Part shown: positions 26,927 to 41,171 of the stretch, piece by piece
Layout of the letters: every line of letters begins with the position of its first letter
How positions within the stretch are numbered: position 1 is the first letter of the stretch
NCBI RefSeq assembly: GCF_006345805.1
Contig: NC_043009.1
Location: 5,518,001 to 5,582,000 of the forward strand
Source: Octopus sinensis
Taxonomy: Eukaryota
Length of the DNA: 64,000 bases
Reading direction: 5' to 3'
The notes under the pieces: model-generated
Seen by the model: only the letters and a program-made list of their open reading frames with translations
Told to the model about the DNA's origin: nothing
Databases searched by the model: none
Program-made: the position numbers and the translations under genes

Positions 26927-29269
26927 CATATATAGGTACAGGACGTCTCAAAACGTAAACAACATGAAATGCGAAGAGTATGCGTAGTAAATCATAACGA
27001 GATTGCAGAAACGTTAACGCGTCGTAGAAATTGCATTTGTTCCGAGTCGTTATGTTCTGAATTTAAATTCCGTTCAGGTCCTTTCGGATGGATAACATAA
27101 GTACCAGTTGAGCACGTTTATTGACTAAGACCCTGCCCAAAGGTTCTACCAAACCTTGTAAGTATGTCATTTCACACTGGCTGAACAAAATATTAGCGGC
27201 AAATTATCAGACTTATAGGTCCCAGTTATAAAGATCGTTTTGGAATGGAAAATAATATCGTGTCGTTCTATTAAAATATGTCTTACCAAATCTTTTATGT
27301 TTTTTTTCCCCGTTTATTCACGTATGACTGTTTAATCTTAGACACGACTTTCTCTTAACTTCGCGTCTCCATGCCACTTCAGACCCTATATATTGCCTTT
27401 CTAATGACATCGAGTTTTCGTCGCCTTATAATCGATCAGGAACTAATGAAATCCACATGAAATCTACACACACCAAATGACACAAAATCCTTCATTCCAT
27501 GTATCATAGAAATATACTATACTTTGCAATTTCCAAAATACGCAAGAATCTCTCGTGCAACATATCAAAAATATACATGGAACTATACTGAAGAGATACA
27601 CAAATAGAGGTCTCATGGCATGCAGAAGAGCAAAAACTTTCTTTACTTAATAGCTGAGAATAATTTAAAAAAAATATTCATTGATTGTAAACATGGCCGT
27701 TTTATTAACTTGACGGTTGCAGGAAAAAAACTTTAGGAGAAAAGTGAAAGTATTTTTTAGAGTAGATTTAAAGATCGACAAAGGTGCAGAATTTGATTTG
27801 GAAAACTATATTTTATAAAACTAAGTCTACTTAGATTGGATCACAGCAACTCACATCTCTAATCATATTCACTCTCATCATATTTTATACATAGATACGT
27901 AAAATTTATCGTTCAGAAAGTGTCAGTAAGTTGTTCAATTCTTGAAAGAAACCTCCTAGCCTTGTTGGCGATGTAAGTACAGACTATCATAATGAATTCA
28001 ATGTAACACGTACCTAATCTCTGGCATAACGCCTTATTTAGATAGTGGTCCTCTATTATCTCGTGTATCTGTACATAATATGTTCTATATTGCTCAATTT
28101 TATCAGCAATCGTTCGTTTGCTATACCAAAACCTGTGTAATGCATTTGTATGGAGTGGGCCTTCCCTCTCTAATGATGTATAAAGAGGCACTTCCTCATT
28201 TTCTTGAATACCACTCCCTGAACATGTTTTAGTTCTCGTACATCTACTGAGTCAGCGTGCAAACACATATTCCTAGCCATACTGTGGCACCAAGGCAAGG
28301 ATAGATAAAGTGTTCATCTTGTCATACCTTTCAATTTGAGCCTGGTATATTTTGAAGCTTGCTATTCACCTGGTTCTCAGATACTGAATCGGGCACTCTA
28401 TACTGTTACTAATACCGAGCTCTGTAGACGATGCATTAGGAGCTATATATGAAAATTTTATTCCCGAAAGATATGATGCAACTCATCCTATTTTTGGTCA
28501 TACACAACTTGGTGACCTTTCCTCAATGAATCTCCTTCTTCTGCTGTGGAGATGCTTTGGCGTTTGTTACAAATTTTTACCGAGTAGGCGTATTTTATAC
28601 TGGCCTAGACATAATCAAGATGTGTTTGTAATTGCTAGAAGATACAGGATTATTCACGTGCATTCGGATATTTTCTGCTTTTCAATCTGGGAAAGCAGAA
28701 ATTTACATATGTGACTTATTGTTATTGAGTTATCAGTTTCACTAACACCGCTAACAGTTTTAGCCAAGTGTCAAGAATTATCGCAATTTTTGTCTAGAAA
28801 TTATAGTTTTCTTCAATGATATGTTTATTTACTTCACGTTTTCTGCTTTTGTATACTTCTTGCATAAAAGCTAGGACTTGGGTCTAATTTGTGAGTGCTG
28901 TTTGCTAATAGAGTTGTTAAGAACGACAACCAAATGCAAGAACATGTTCATAATGTCTGATTACTTTCTTTAATAATTACCGAGGAATATGTAAACCAAC
29001 TTCGCACTTGCCTTTTTTTAAAAAATTAATTTCAAAAGAATTATACCAATAACATTTCGCCCAAAATTCGAAATTGTTCACATAGTATCAATTCATTTGT
29101 AAGGATAACGGCTATGGCATTGTCGATGATGAGGACGTCTCTCTCGATGACATGATGATGAGGAAAGGACCCATGTACTCAATAACGAACCACGACTTTT
29201 ATAATTACGTTTGGAGAGCAGGGAAAATAATAAAATTTAAGAGCAGAGCAAAACAAAACCGCGGCTACT

Positions 29270-29314
29270 ACTACTAATAATACTACATCAACAACAACAA
29301 CAACAACAACAACA

Positions 29315-29362
<48 letters not shown>

Positions 29363-29387
29363 GCTGCTGCTGATGATGATGTTACTG

Positions 29388-29442
<55 letters not shown>

Positions 29443-29490
29443 ACTACTACTACTACTACAACGACGACGAAGACTACTACTACTATTGTT
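29270..29490. repeat. Compound (ACT)n/(ACA)n trinucleotide repeat
   Basis: Seen directly. Confidence 0.95.
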
Positions 29491-29543
29491 GCTGCTACTG
29501 TCTCTGGTGATGGTGCTGCTGCTTGTAAGAACATTACCCTAAC

Positions 29544-29773
29544 CAGCGAGTTGGCAGAATCCTTTGCACTTCTGGCCAAACGCTTAGTGGTAATTCCTCT
29601 ACCGCTACATTCTGAGTTCAAATTCCGCCGAGGCCGACTTTGCTTTTCATCCTTTCGGGGTCGATCAAATAAGTACCAATTGCGCACTGGGGTCGATATA
29701 ATCGACTTAATCCGTTTGTCTGTCCTTGTTTGTCCTCTCTGTGTGTAGCCCCTTGTGGGTAGTAAAGAAATAG
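29544..29773 (+). mobile_element. SINE family A
   Basis: A-box-like head, B box gagttcaaattcc, and the family tail gtaaagaaatag. Confidence 0.85.
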
Positions 29774-30055
29774 CGTCGTCTCTAGCTTCGTCTCTAGCTT
29801 CGTCTCTAGCTACGTCCTGTGTTCAAATTCCGTCGACTCTGCCTTTCACAGTTTCAGTACCAGTCAAATACTGGGTTCGATGTAATCGATTCGCCCTCTC
29901 CCCCACAAACATGAAGGCCTCCTACCTGTAATACAAAGGACTATTATATATACACCACTACCACTACCATCATCACCACCGTCTTTACTAAAGCCGTCGT
30001 TACTACTACTACAACTGTTGCTATTGCAGTTGCTGCTGTTGCTGTTGCTGTTGCT

Positions 30056-30390
30056 GTTTTTCGTCCCAGAGCTCGCAGTGGGAGAAGTCCGAATCGTGGT
30101 CCTTTACTATTCGTAAGACCCGCAGAAGAGAAAGCAGGTCAACCCCCGACACCGAGAGTATCGACGGAGGGATGAATGCGCATCCAGGCTCAGCGGTTGC
30201 GTAGCAAGTCGGGGACAAGAAACAGGAAGAAAGAGTGAGAGAAAGTTGGAGCGAAAGAGTACAACAGGGGTCGCCAACATCCCTTAGGTATTTTGGCTCA
30301 ATAAACAAACAATTCCCTATCTGGGAATCGAAACAGTGATCCTCCGACCGCGAGTCCGCTGCCCTAACCACTGGGCCATTGCGCCTCCAC
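30056..30390 (-). mobile_element. tRNA-derived SINE sharing head and 5' body with the 1802 SINE but with a different 3' tail
   Basis: The head gtggaggcgcaatggcccagtggttagggcagcggactcgcggtc is nearly identical. The sequences diverge after ...ctttctctcactct...cttcctgtttct. Confidence 0.8.
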
Positions 30391-30993
30391 TGCATTTGCT
30401 GCTAATGTAGTTGCTACTGCTGTTATTTTTCATGCTACTACTATACAATGTGTTGTATGGAAGAATTGCGATTTAATATTTTATGAAGAAGCCTCGAAAC
30501 GAAATGTAAAAATAATATCCACTGATTTAATTTCAAATGACATGAAACAAAGACATTTTTTGTACACAATCTTTCAACAGACAAATGTGTTGAAGCAGTA
30601 GACTTTGAGAATAAATATCATAAATACGTAAGATCAACAACGAAGATTGCATCAGTTTCTCTGCTGATATTTGTTTTTTCTTTACGTGTGTTAGTAACTA
30701 ATTATCGGTCGTCAGACTTGTTTTTCTCGATGTTTAGTTCAATGTCGTTTCTGTTATACTTCAGACGACAAATGCTCAGAAATAACCTGGCAATGGCCAT
30801 TTCTTATATCTTTCTTTTGTATACGTGTGAATACATATCATTCAACATAGAGACAGACGTGGCTGTGTGGTAAGATGTTCGCTTCTCAACAACATGTTTC
30901 TGGTTTCAGTCCCACTCAGTGTGTGGATGTAGTAGACGGAAACTCAAAGAACTCCGTCGCATGTATGTATGTAATTATGTATGTATGTATCTG

Positions 30994-31042
<49 letters not shown>

Positions 31043-31649
31043 TTAAAATCCTTTAAAATGTTTTAGCCCGAAGGCCGCGGCCATGCTGGGGCACCATATA
31101 TATATATATGTGTGTGTGTGTCTGTTTACATATGTCTATGTTGATTTTTTGCTGCTTGCCACCAGCTGTTTCACAAGCGGTGTTGGTGTGTTTACGTTCT
31201 CGTAACATAGTGGTTTGGCAACAGGAGACCCATTGTATTAGTACATGGGTCGTTTATTTCAACTAAAATTTTACAAGGCGTTGCCCCAGTATAGCCGCAG
31301 TCTAATGACTGAAATAATTAAAAAAAAACTCTATCTATATTCAGTGATTCATTCTTTCCTTTGCCAGACGGTAAAACATAGATGTTGTTTCTAACGAGTC
31401 CAGTGCCCGTGTCTGGGGTTCACCGAGGATTTTGCCAGAATAATAGTTCGTGAATAATGAAAAGTTATTAAAAAGATTTTGGTTCAGAAGTAAGGAATAC
31501 TTCTTTATGACAGCGGATTAACAGAATCGCTAGAGCGTCAGTTAAAATGTCCTGTTGTAGTGTTTCCGAAACATAACATACATATATTAAATCTGACCGG
31601 TCTATGTTTGTGAGTGTATGTGCGTGTTTGTGTGTAGCGTATATATATA

Positions 31650-31691
<42 letters not shown>

Positions 31692-31692
<1 letters not shown>

Positions 31693-31835
31693 GGGAGAGT
31701 TTACGAAAAAAAACAAAAGACGAAGACAGGTGGTGTACAAAACAAGCAGATGTATTAGTATAACGCTTAGGAATAGAAAGTCTTTTACGTTTCGAGCATA
31801 CGCTCTTCTACAGAAAGGGACACAGAAAAAACAGG
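31692..31835 (-). mobile_element. Short Penelope-derived element with minimal hammerhead (31780-31821)
   Basis: The minus strand reads gtccCTTT-CTGTAGA-A-GAGC(gtat)GCTC-GAAAC-GTA-AAAGac. Homologous to 52960-53095 and 17241-17370. Ends at (TA)n. Confidence 0.7.
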
Positions 31836-31862
31836 GAGAGAAAAAACGGAATATATATATAT

Positions 31863-32128
31863 AGGGTAAAGACCCCTTACGTTACAAGTGACCGTAGCAT
31901 TGCATTTAGAAAGTGTCCCTCCGTGGCTGAAGCTCGAACAAGGCTGTTTGTAGAGGACCAGCATAATACTGTCCCTTCTCCATGCCACCGATCTTATTCA
32001 AGGGAAAGGCAAATGCTGATACAGGTTGAAACCGGTGCCGTCGCAACAAATTTCTACAGCTGAGCGAATTGTAGCAACATAAAATAAAGTGTCTTACTCA
32101 AGAACGCAACACATATTCCAGTCCCGGA
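31863..32128 (-). mobile_element. SINE family C
   Basis: Homologous to 58022-58342 (cagctgtagaaat core, caaggc/ttgcc tail region). Confidence 0.65.
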
Positions 32129-32390
32129 ATATTGTACGCCCAATGCTCTAATTAGTTAACCTTGTGCCTTCATACTGTATCTATAAAAACGTCTAACTTC
32201 TTCCCTCAAAAATGTTTGGTTTTGTCATGTATTGAATAATTGCATAAAAAGGAATCGTTCAAGAAATAAAGTTTTGTCAGACAATATTAGCTATAAAGCG
32301 ATGATTATTTAAATTAACGCTTAACGCCAAAGAAGCAGTAGTCAGTTTCTGGGTACAGAAACATATATTTAAAACTGTAACTCTGTTACC

Positions 32391-32760
32391 CTTGTACTTG
32401 TTTCAGTCATATGACTGCGGCCATGCTGGGGCGCCGTCTTTAGTCGAGCAAATCGAACCCAATGACTTATTCTTTTTAAGCCTAGTACTTATTCTATCCC
32501 TCTCTTTTGCCGAACCGCTAAGTTACGGGGACGTAAACACACCAGTATCGGCTGTCAAGGGGTGTTGGTGGGACAAACACAGACACACAAACACACACAC
32601 ATATATATATATACATATATACGACAGGCTTCTTTCAGTTTCCGTCTACAAAATCCACTCACAAGGCTTTGGTCGGACCGAGACTATAGTAGAAGACATT
32701 TGCCCAAGGTGCCACGCAGTGGGACTGAACCCGGAACTATGCGGTTGGTAAGCAAGCTAC
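32391..32760 (-). mobile_element. SINE family B
   Basis: Reverse complement of the 23397 copy. Confidence 0.85.
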
Positions 32761-33152
32761 AATATTACTATTATACTTTATGGCTATAAAGTATTTGCTA
32801 TTCCTCTGTTATCCTAAGAATTCAAGTGGGATGCAAAATGCATGCTATCACCATACCTTCCAAAATAACTATTATATTTATATTAAATTTGCTGCATAGT
32901 GTACAGCATTCCCAAGGACATTCAGGTTGTATTGTATCCAAGGAGGAAACGACAGTGGCAGTGTAGAAGCTTGTTACTTTCTTTTATTTGACCCGTTCAG
33001 GTGAGCATGGTAAGCGCTGATTTATCTACATCAGTGTTACTCTTTTCAAAGCAGTCCATCTATATTATAATTTAATCTATTTCGATTAAAACGAAAATTT
33101 TATTTCGCATATAAACATATATTAGTTTTACACACATATATTCTGTGTTATG

Positions 33153-33200
<48 letters not shown>

Positions 33201-33782
33201 GAAGAAGAGAAGAAGAAGAAGAAGAAGAAGAAGAAGAATAATGGTAATAATAAATCAAATATGAAATATAAAATAAAATGTTTTATAGGATTGTGTTTCA
33301 TTAAAATATGTTTAGTAATGATATCTAACTCTAAAAGAAACTCAGTTTAATTTACTAGCAATCAAATTTATATTAAGAAATTCATTAAATACACAAAATA
33401 TTAATCTCTGAATATCAAGAAAAATCTAATTTTATTTTTACCGCTAATGAATATGTCGTAAATTCTTATTCTGATAAAACCCTATTGAGATATCATATAT
33501 TGAGATATCATATATTCAATTGATCTTTGATGATTGGCATTCGTTTTATGTTTATTGATTAAACTCTATCTCGCAGTGAGATGTCACATCATAGGATGAT
33601 CTATTTATTATTATTTTTTTTTAATGATAAAGTGTAAACTATTCGTATGTAATGATTAACTTTCTGATTAGTTATTTAATTGCTTAATATTAATGACAAA
33701 ACAGCCGATGGGGATTGTATATTAATTAATCACGTTAAAACTATTTTCGATAGACAACATAAGTATTTAATTTATGAAATGA

Positions 33783-33992
33783 TTAATGTTCTCCTGCCTT
33801 GTGATTTCTTATTTGAGAAATTTGTTTCATTGCTGGCCTTCTAATATCTTGATGCGAGTAATCATACGGCTTTGAGATATCATCGACTTTACGATCTAAT
33901 AAAATACTAGCATACAGATATTGAGTTCAAAATTTGATGTCGATGTTATATCGTTGAGAACTACGTTAAATCCTGCCTGAGTGGCAACATAT
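33783..33992 (-). other. Weak candidate terminal exon (needs one frameshift)
   Basis: Acceptor gctaaag, then (R)YVATQAGFNVVLNDITSTSNFEL, a frameshift, then YLYASILLDRKVDDISKPYDYSHQDIRRPAMKQISQIRNHKAGEH*. Confidence 0.18.
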
Positions 33993-34658
33993 CTTTAGCA
34001 AATGAGTGCCAAGTTGTTCGAAGTTATATGTTTCAGTGATCTCACATGACTTCAGGTATATCGATATATCTCACCGAAATAAAACAAATTTAATATGATT
34101 TATGGACAAGCAAATAATAATTATTGATTTGTAAATAAATTCACTGATTTATAGAACTAGTATATGAATGAAAAATAAATATTGCAAATACACACGACCT
34201 ATGTTATTGAATATATTTCTGTATTTCATAGAACCTTAGAATTTCTAGTTAATGGTATATTCAAAGATTTATTTAGTTCATGTTAAAACTTGTGTATATA
34301 ATAAATGATATTTATTCCTTCAATAGATATATCGAAGTTTCGTGTTCAAACGATTTCATATCAAAATTCAGTCATCAGTTCTCATTTGAGTTCGGACTAA
34401 ATAATAACACCGCTTACTTGCTTTGACACAGCAGTTAAATCCATGTTTCATAGTTCCTTCGTTAATGTTATTTTATGGAATTGGCAATGTTTCATACCTA
34501 CACACGCGCTTTCACCCACACGTTCATGTATGCTTACATACACACGTTCGCGCATGCACACATATATCTTTATATAAACGTTTCTCTCCCTTTACCGCTC
34601 CTTCACTCTCTTTCTCTCTCTCTCTCTACACGCACACAAACTTATACATATATAGCAG

Positions 34659-34728
<70 letters not shown>

Positions 34729-35506
34729 TATATATATATATATGTATGTATATACATCCATATATACATTTACATATACATATATATGTATATATTAAGC
34801 ATAAATATATATATATATATATGTATGCATATATAATATATATATACATACATATATATATATAAATAATACGTATATAAAAATATATATATATATATAT
34901 ACGTATTATGTATATGAACATACACACTTACACACATGCATACATTTATTCATGCACACATACATACATAAATACATACATACTCATATACGTTCATACA
35001 AACTTATATACATATATATATTTATAAATATACGTATGCACAAGGGTGCACACAAAAACACACAACCATACGCAAGCAAACATACATAGAGAAATTGATA
35101 AAGGTGGTGGGGAGAGAAAGAGAGAGAGAGAGTAAGATGAGGGGGTAAAGAGAGAGTATGATGGAAGGGACAGTGAGGCTTGAAGAAGGGAAATCAGAGG
35201 AATAAATGTATAGGAGAGAAAGAAATAAAGCAATGCCGTATTTGTAAATAAACAGTAATGTATGTCAGTGCAAATATCGTCTTCAAATAAGATACATAGA
35301 CAAATACATATATATAAACATACCGACATATATATTTGCGCAAAGAGATTTGCAAACGCAAACCATATATATATATAAGATGAGGCATACGCATATGCAC
35401 TGGGTTCTACGCAAATATAAATACGTGTGCAGGAATGCACCCACACGTACACAGAAACACACACACATAATACGTACACGCACACATATATATGTATATA
35501 ATTATT

Positions 35507-35560
<54 letters not shown>

Positions 35561-35588
35561 ATATATATATATAATATACATATATGTA

Positions 35589-35639
<51 letters not shown>

Positions 35640-36435
35640 GTGTGTGTATATACATACATACATATATATATATATATGTAACCCATTAAATTTTGGGTAC
35701 TATATATGTTTATTGTTCATATTTAACATCTTATTTTATGGTGAACGTTTTATGATACACCTCATAGAAATATTGGTGTTAAACTATATATTCATTGCTG
35801 ATACCGGTATCCTTTGAATGTGTGTTCAAATATCTAACAACTCTTTTGAATTATTAACACCGGTTTTATTTATCGGTTATATTTTTTTATTATAGGTATT
35901 TAAATAGCACAGCCATGTTTGCCGAATGTCAAATCAAAGACCATTTATGTTTTATAAGAACACCGGTAAATAGATGATTGTACATAAACGCTCTTAAGCC
36001 CACACACACACACACACACACACACACTCTCTCTCTCTCACACACACACACAAGCTTGTGTGTATATGTGTATGAGTATATGCATGTACGCATCTTTTTA
36101 TATGATTTTCGTACGTATTCATACTACGTGTACAATATATAAGTATACGTTGTTATACACATACATTTTTTTATACACACACACCACACACACATATACA
36201 TATATATGTTTGTATATATATAGATATATATATTTATATATATATATTCATATATATATACATAATTTTATATATGTATGCATATATGTAGATTGGCATA
36301 TATACATAAATATAGTCATATGTGTATATGTATTCATCATAGATATATAAATACACACACACGAGTATGTATGTTTACTTGTTTGTGTATATATATGTGT
36401 GGATATTCTAGTTTTTTTGCTACTGTGAGATACAC

Positions 36436-36497
36436 CATCACATGGTTCTTCAGGCAACGTTGAGTGAGAAGATTTGTTCTGCCTACATAGAAAGACT
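36436..36497 (-). CDS. Candidate internal exon of an unidentified gene
   Basis: Strong acceptor ttctatttcttttttctcaag. Open frame (E)SFYVGRTNLLTQRCLKNHVM. The donor is uncertain (gtgtat). Confidence 0.3.
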
Positions 36498-38685
36498 CTT
36501 GAGAAAAAAGAAATAGAAGCATGCATTATGTTACAGTAATGGCATGTTTGAATTGCAAGAAGGTCCTTCACATTGGCTCTTCTATGCCAGGTATTTCTCT
36601 CACTGTCTATTTTGCCGAACACCTTTCTGAACGTGTACAACTTTTAGGGTTTGAACGCGTGGCATTCGTGCTTAATATCACTTAAGTACCTATTTGTGCA
36701 AGTACGATTGTATTGAGATGTATGTGTACTTGTACTATATTGAATTTATGTAGATATATTAGAAGTTTAGAACTTATTTGTGTTGTATGGTTAAGAAGTA
36801 TGCTTTGAAGCCACATGGATTTGGGTTTACTCTCTCTGCGGGAAAACCTGGGCAAGTGTCTTCTAATGTAGCCCCGGACCGATCAATGTGTTGCGAGTGA
36901 GTTTGGTTGACGGAAATTGTGTTCCAGTGTAATGTATATATAATTGTCTCATTCCTTTTCTGTTTCTAAACCTTCCACTCGAGAAATATGTTAACGTCGA
37001 CGTCACCTAGCGTTTCGCCAAGAGATAACGATCGAATAAATACCACGATTGCAAAGTAGACATTGGGGTCAATTTGTTCCACTAAATCCTTAAAAGCGTT
37101 TTCCCAACTTGCTCGTAGCCCAACGTGTGAAATATAAGAAATATAAGACATAAATGTTATAACATATACTCAATCAATAGACCTGTACGACAAGCATGCT
37201 CCCTTTTGTATTACTATCTGCTTGTATATCTTTGTGAATTCCATCCATAATTCTCATAAATATATACTAGAACGTGGCTACAGTGATTATTTGATCCGAG
37301 AATTGAAAGAAAGATTAAAGAATATTGACTTCCCAAATGAGATGTTCATCAAGGCGACCACTTCTTTATTGTTGAATATTATCGTTTATAGACTATGATT
37401 TCATTAAACAATCTGACGATTAAAAAACTTATCAGCGATAGCTCTATGATCAAGGGACTCGTGTTGCAACAACGTGTAAGACTGTGTTAGTGTGTATGTG
37501 TGTATTCGTGTGCCCGTATATGCATGTGTGTGTGTCTATGTGCGTGTATGCTTCTCATACTGAATTTCGGTTTGTAAGACTATAGTCTAAATTATTCTCA
37601 TTACGTTCCTGTATGCGCAATCTTGAAATTAAACTGTTGCAGTATATTTTATATCTGATCAAAATATATTGTCAAATTACCTCCGCAAATAAGTTTTCAG
37701 TTTTCATTTCGTTCAAATCTATCGTATACCCCATTAAAGTTTGCACTATTATAAAACAGAAATTTTGACATCATATTTCACTCACTTCAGAGACACTAAC
37801 CCTGGTTTCAGAAAAAATTAACTACTATCAGCAACCATACAACAGAATTCACAAATCTCTTTTTCTTCTACCAGAAACTAGCAATTTCTGAATAACCAAT
37901 ACAGATTTGAAATATCATAAGGAATCAGCATCCATTGACAAGGTTCCAAAAGAAACGAAAATTTTGGAAGAAAAAAATTATATAAATAATAAATGCTTGG
38001 AAATTCAACCGGTGAGTGTGTTGCATATTAAGGCATTAAAGCAGTGAGACTCTCCCCAGACACAACAAAATATAAAGATAGTTTCAGCTTACGTCACTCT
38101 CACTTCAACTTATATGAAAGTTCGTTGCCTGAAAAGATAGAAAGATAAAGGGTAATCAAACTTAAAACTGATTAATAAAGTTTGCAATAATAATCTGCTA
38201 TTAATCAGGAAAAGTAAATTTAAAACTTTAAAAGACAAATGTCAATATAATGTCTCGGCTAAGTTTCTATGTCGCAAGTAAAAGATACATTCTTGAAGCA
38301 GTCGTTTTTGCTTCAAATTAATATAGCTTATATCTGAACTGGTGCCAATTAACATTCGGCAGCAGATGGTTACAATGTAAGTTATTGAAAATATTAGAAA
38401 TTGAAACTTTAATCGTTTCAGATGTGACCTTTAACTTTTCAGCATAATTCCAATTTATAATCTGGTCTGACCGGAGTTCATCTGACATTTTAGTAAATCA
38501 TAACAACGCGATATAACTAATGTATGTTCAATAATGCTGTTCACTAACCTATGGTAAAGACAAATGTATATAAATATATGTGCATGCGTATATGTGTGTA
38601 TGCAAATATGCAAATATTCATGCATATACACACACATACAAATGCATATAGATATTCATATATATGAGGCAAACGTACATGTGTA

Positions 38686-38728
<43 letters not shown>

Positions 38729-38909
38729 GTATATATATGTATATATGTATGTAAATATATGTATATATATATATGTGTGTGTGTATGTATATATATATGT
38801 ATGTATATAAGTATATATATATATGATATTTATGCATGTGTGTGGACATAAGCGTATATATGTTTGTATTGATGGAAATTTATATTGCAAGCAAATATAA
38901 CATGCTTAC

Positions 38910-38964
38910 CAATGTCTACAACTGCCGCACCGGGAAAAGTTTTCTTTTTTCCTTTGTCAACAGC
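38910..38964 (-). CDS. Candidate internal exon of an unidentified gene
   Basis: tttag acceptor and strong ttg|gtaagc donor. 55 bp encoding AVDKGKKKTFPGAAVVDI plus one base. Phases fit the neighbouring candidates. Confidence 0.35.
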
Positions 38965-40029
38965 CTAAATGCCAGCTTGTGCGCAGATTTTGTCGATCGA
39001 TAATGTGCATCTTCGAATTGAAAATCAACTTATTGTGATATAATACCTGATTGAAAATTTTAGGATATATTGTAAAGGTTATGATGAAATCGTTAATCTG
39101 GAAATGTAAGAAAACAGAGAAGTAACTTGTTATTACAAATGTGAGGTCATGTTTAGTAAGTTAGCTCTCGATACCCAACGCCTGTAGATTAAACGAGAAG
39201 GCCAACGTTTAAATACTCTGTATATCAAACTATTCCTGCTGATAAAATGCGAAAATTGCCCTAACGCACGAATCGTAATAACAAGAATCATAATAACTAA
39301 TTGTTTCTCATTATTTAATAATGGTTTCTTTAACATAAGAAGGAAAACAAGATGAAGGACAACTAGAACTTATCACAAAGAAAGAAATAACATAAGAGAG
39401 AAGGAAAAAAAATGTGGGATTTGGTCACGAATCTTTGATTTCTTCAACGTCATTAGGTCTGATATTCACGTAGAAAAATATAAATGATATAAATCGAGCT
39501 TTCGAGAATTTTCAGAAATAAGGTTATATATATTCTTTTATATATACCTATTGAGAAACCCACAACATGTAGATACTAATATACAGGACAATACGTATTT
39601 TAGATCATTCATAATATACACTATCGATGTCATAATCTACTGTTGTTTATCCTCTATGTCAATGTAGATGGGAATAGATTCTATATAAAAATATATTCCA
39701 GCCATGTCTATACTGTATATGTGTGTGTGTGTGTGTCTGTATATATGTATGTATGTATATATGTAGGTTTGTAAGTATGTGTGATGTATGTGTGTGTATC
39801 AGTGTTTGAGTGGCTTTGTGTTTGTGTTTTTCCTCCATTACCGCTTGACAACCGGTGTTGGTGTGTTTACCTACTCGGAACCATAGCGGTTCAGTAGAAA
39901 GAAAACGATAGAATAAATAGGTTTCTTGTGATCAAACACAAATACAATTCACGAAGTTATATCCCAAAGGTCATTTGATCTTATATTCAGAACCTATGTT
40001 TGTATCGATTATGGCTACTTCTTCACAAA

Positions 40030-40570
40030 TGCGGCGTTAGCACGCCTGACGAAATGCTTAGCCGTATTTCGTCTGCCGCTACGTTCTGAGTTCAAATTCC
40101 GCCGAGGTCGACTTTGCCTTTCATCCCTTCGGTGTCGATTAAATAAGTACCATTTACGCACTGGGGTCGATATAATCGACTTAATCCGTTTGTCTGTCCT
40201 TGTTCGTCCCCATCTATGTTTAGCCCCTTGTGGGTAGTAAAGAAATAGGTATTTCGTCTGCATTTACGTTCTGAGTTCAAATTCCGCCGAGGTAAACTTT
40301 GTCTTTCATCTTTCGGGGCCAATATGTTAAGTACCAGTTGCGTACTGGGATTGATTTAATCCACTGGACCCCTCCCCCAAAATTTGGGGCCTTGTGCCTA
40401 GAGTAGAAAAGGATAGTTTTGCATGCCGGGCAAAATGTTTAGCTCATTCCATTGAGGTTGACTTCGCCTTTCTTTCTTTTGGGGTCGATAAAATAAGTAC
40501 AAGTCGAGCACTGGCGTCGATGTAATAGACTTAACCCACCGCCGAACTTGCTGACTTTGTGCCAACATAC
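40030..40570 (+). mobile_element. Cluster of tandem SINE family A copies
   Basis: acgttctgagttcaaattccgccgagg at ~40081 and ~40267, plus a further degenerate copy at ~40450. Confidence 0.8.
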
Positions 40571-40939
40571 GAAACCAATATTAGAGTATACATGCACGTC
40601 ACACATACGCGCGAGAGCACTGCATGCTAACATAACTCTACATAGATACATATATACAGACACTTGAGCATCGTCCCCAGCACAGATTTTCTCTATACAC
40701 TGGTCTCCCATGCACATGTAAAATGTGAACCTGGACGTGAGGATATATTTGCTCACGAACATACAATCTTCCCCCTATAACTGTTGCGTCGTTTCTTTCC
40801 CTATTGTAATTCGCGCTCATTTTCAAACAGCTATAAGCGAACGACCTCCAGAAATTGAACTAAGAATCGTTTGTTAAATTATGGAGTTCGGTGTGCGATC
40901 ACATAGTATCTTTCTAAATTTCATTTTCACTGCACTCAC

Positions 40940-41171
40940 ATTAAGAAAGTGTGATGCATCATTGTTAAGCGTCACTTCAAAAGCTGTGAGTGAAATTCTT
41001 TTGATAGGAACTGTAGAACATCGTCTCTTGTACATGTCTACATACACGCGTTCAGCACCATAGGCAGCTCCGTAGCATAATTTACGCATTTTGTTTCCAT
41101 CTAGATCAAGAAAATAACCATTCAGACTGATGATAGATAAAGAGCCTTGTGACGTCTTGTATTTCCTCCAC
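40940..41171 (-). CDS. Candidate internal exon of an unidentified gene
   Basis: 232 bp, open in one frame only (WRKYKTSQGSL...KLCYGAAYGAERVYVDMYKRRC...DASHFLN). Acceptor ctctagcag (alternative tcttgatctag) and consensus donor aat|gtgagt. Non-repetitive sequence. Confidence 0.5.

Noticed and set aside
36440-36497. FYVGRTNL as a GIY-YIG motif
   Set aside because: No second YIG-type box or surrounding PLE sequence. Kept only as a candidate host exon.
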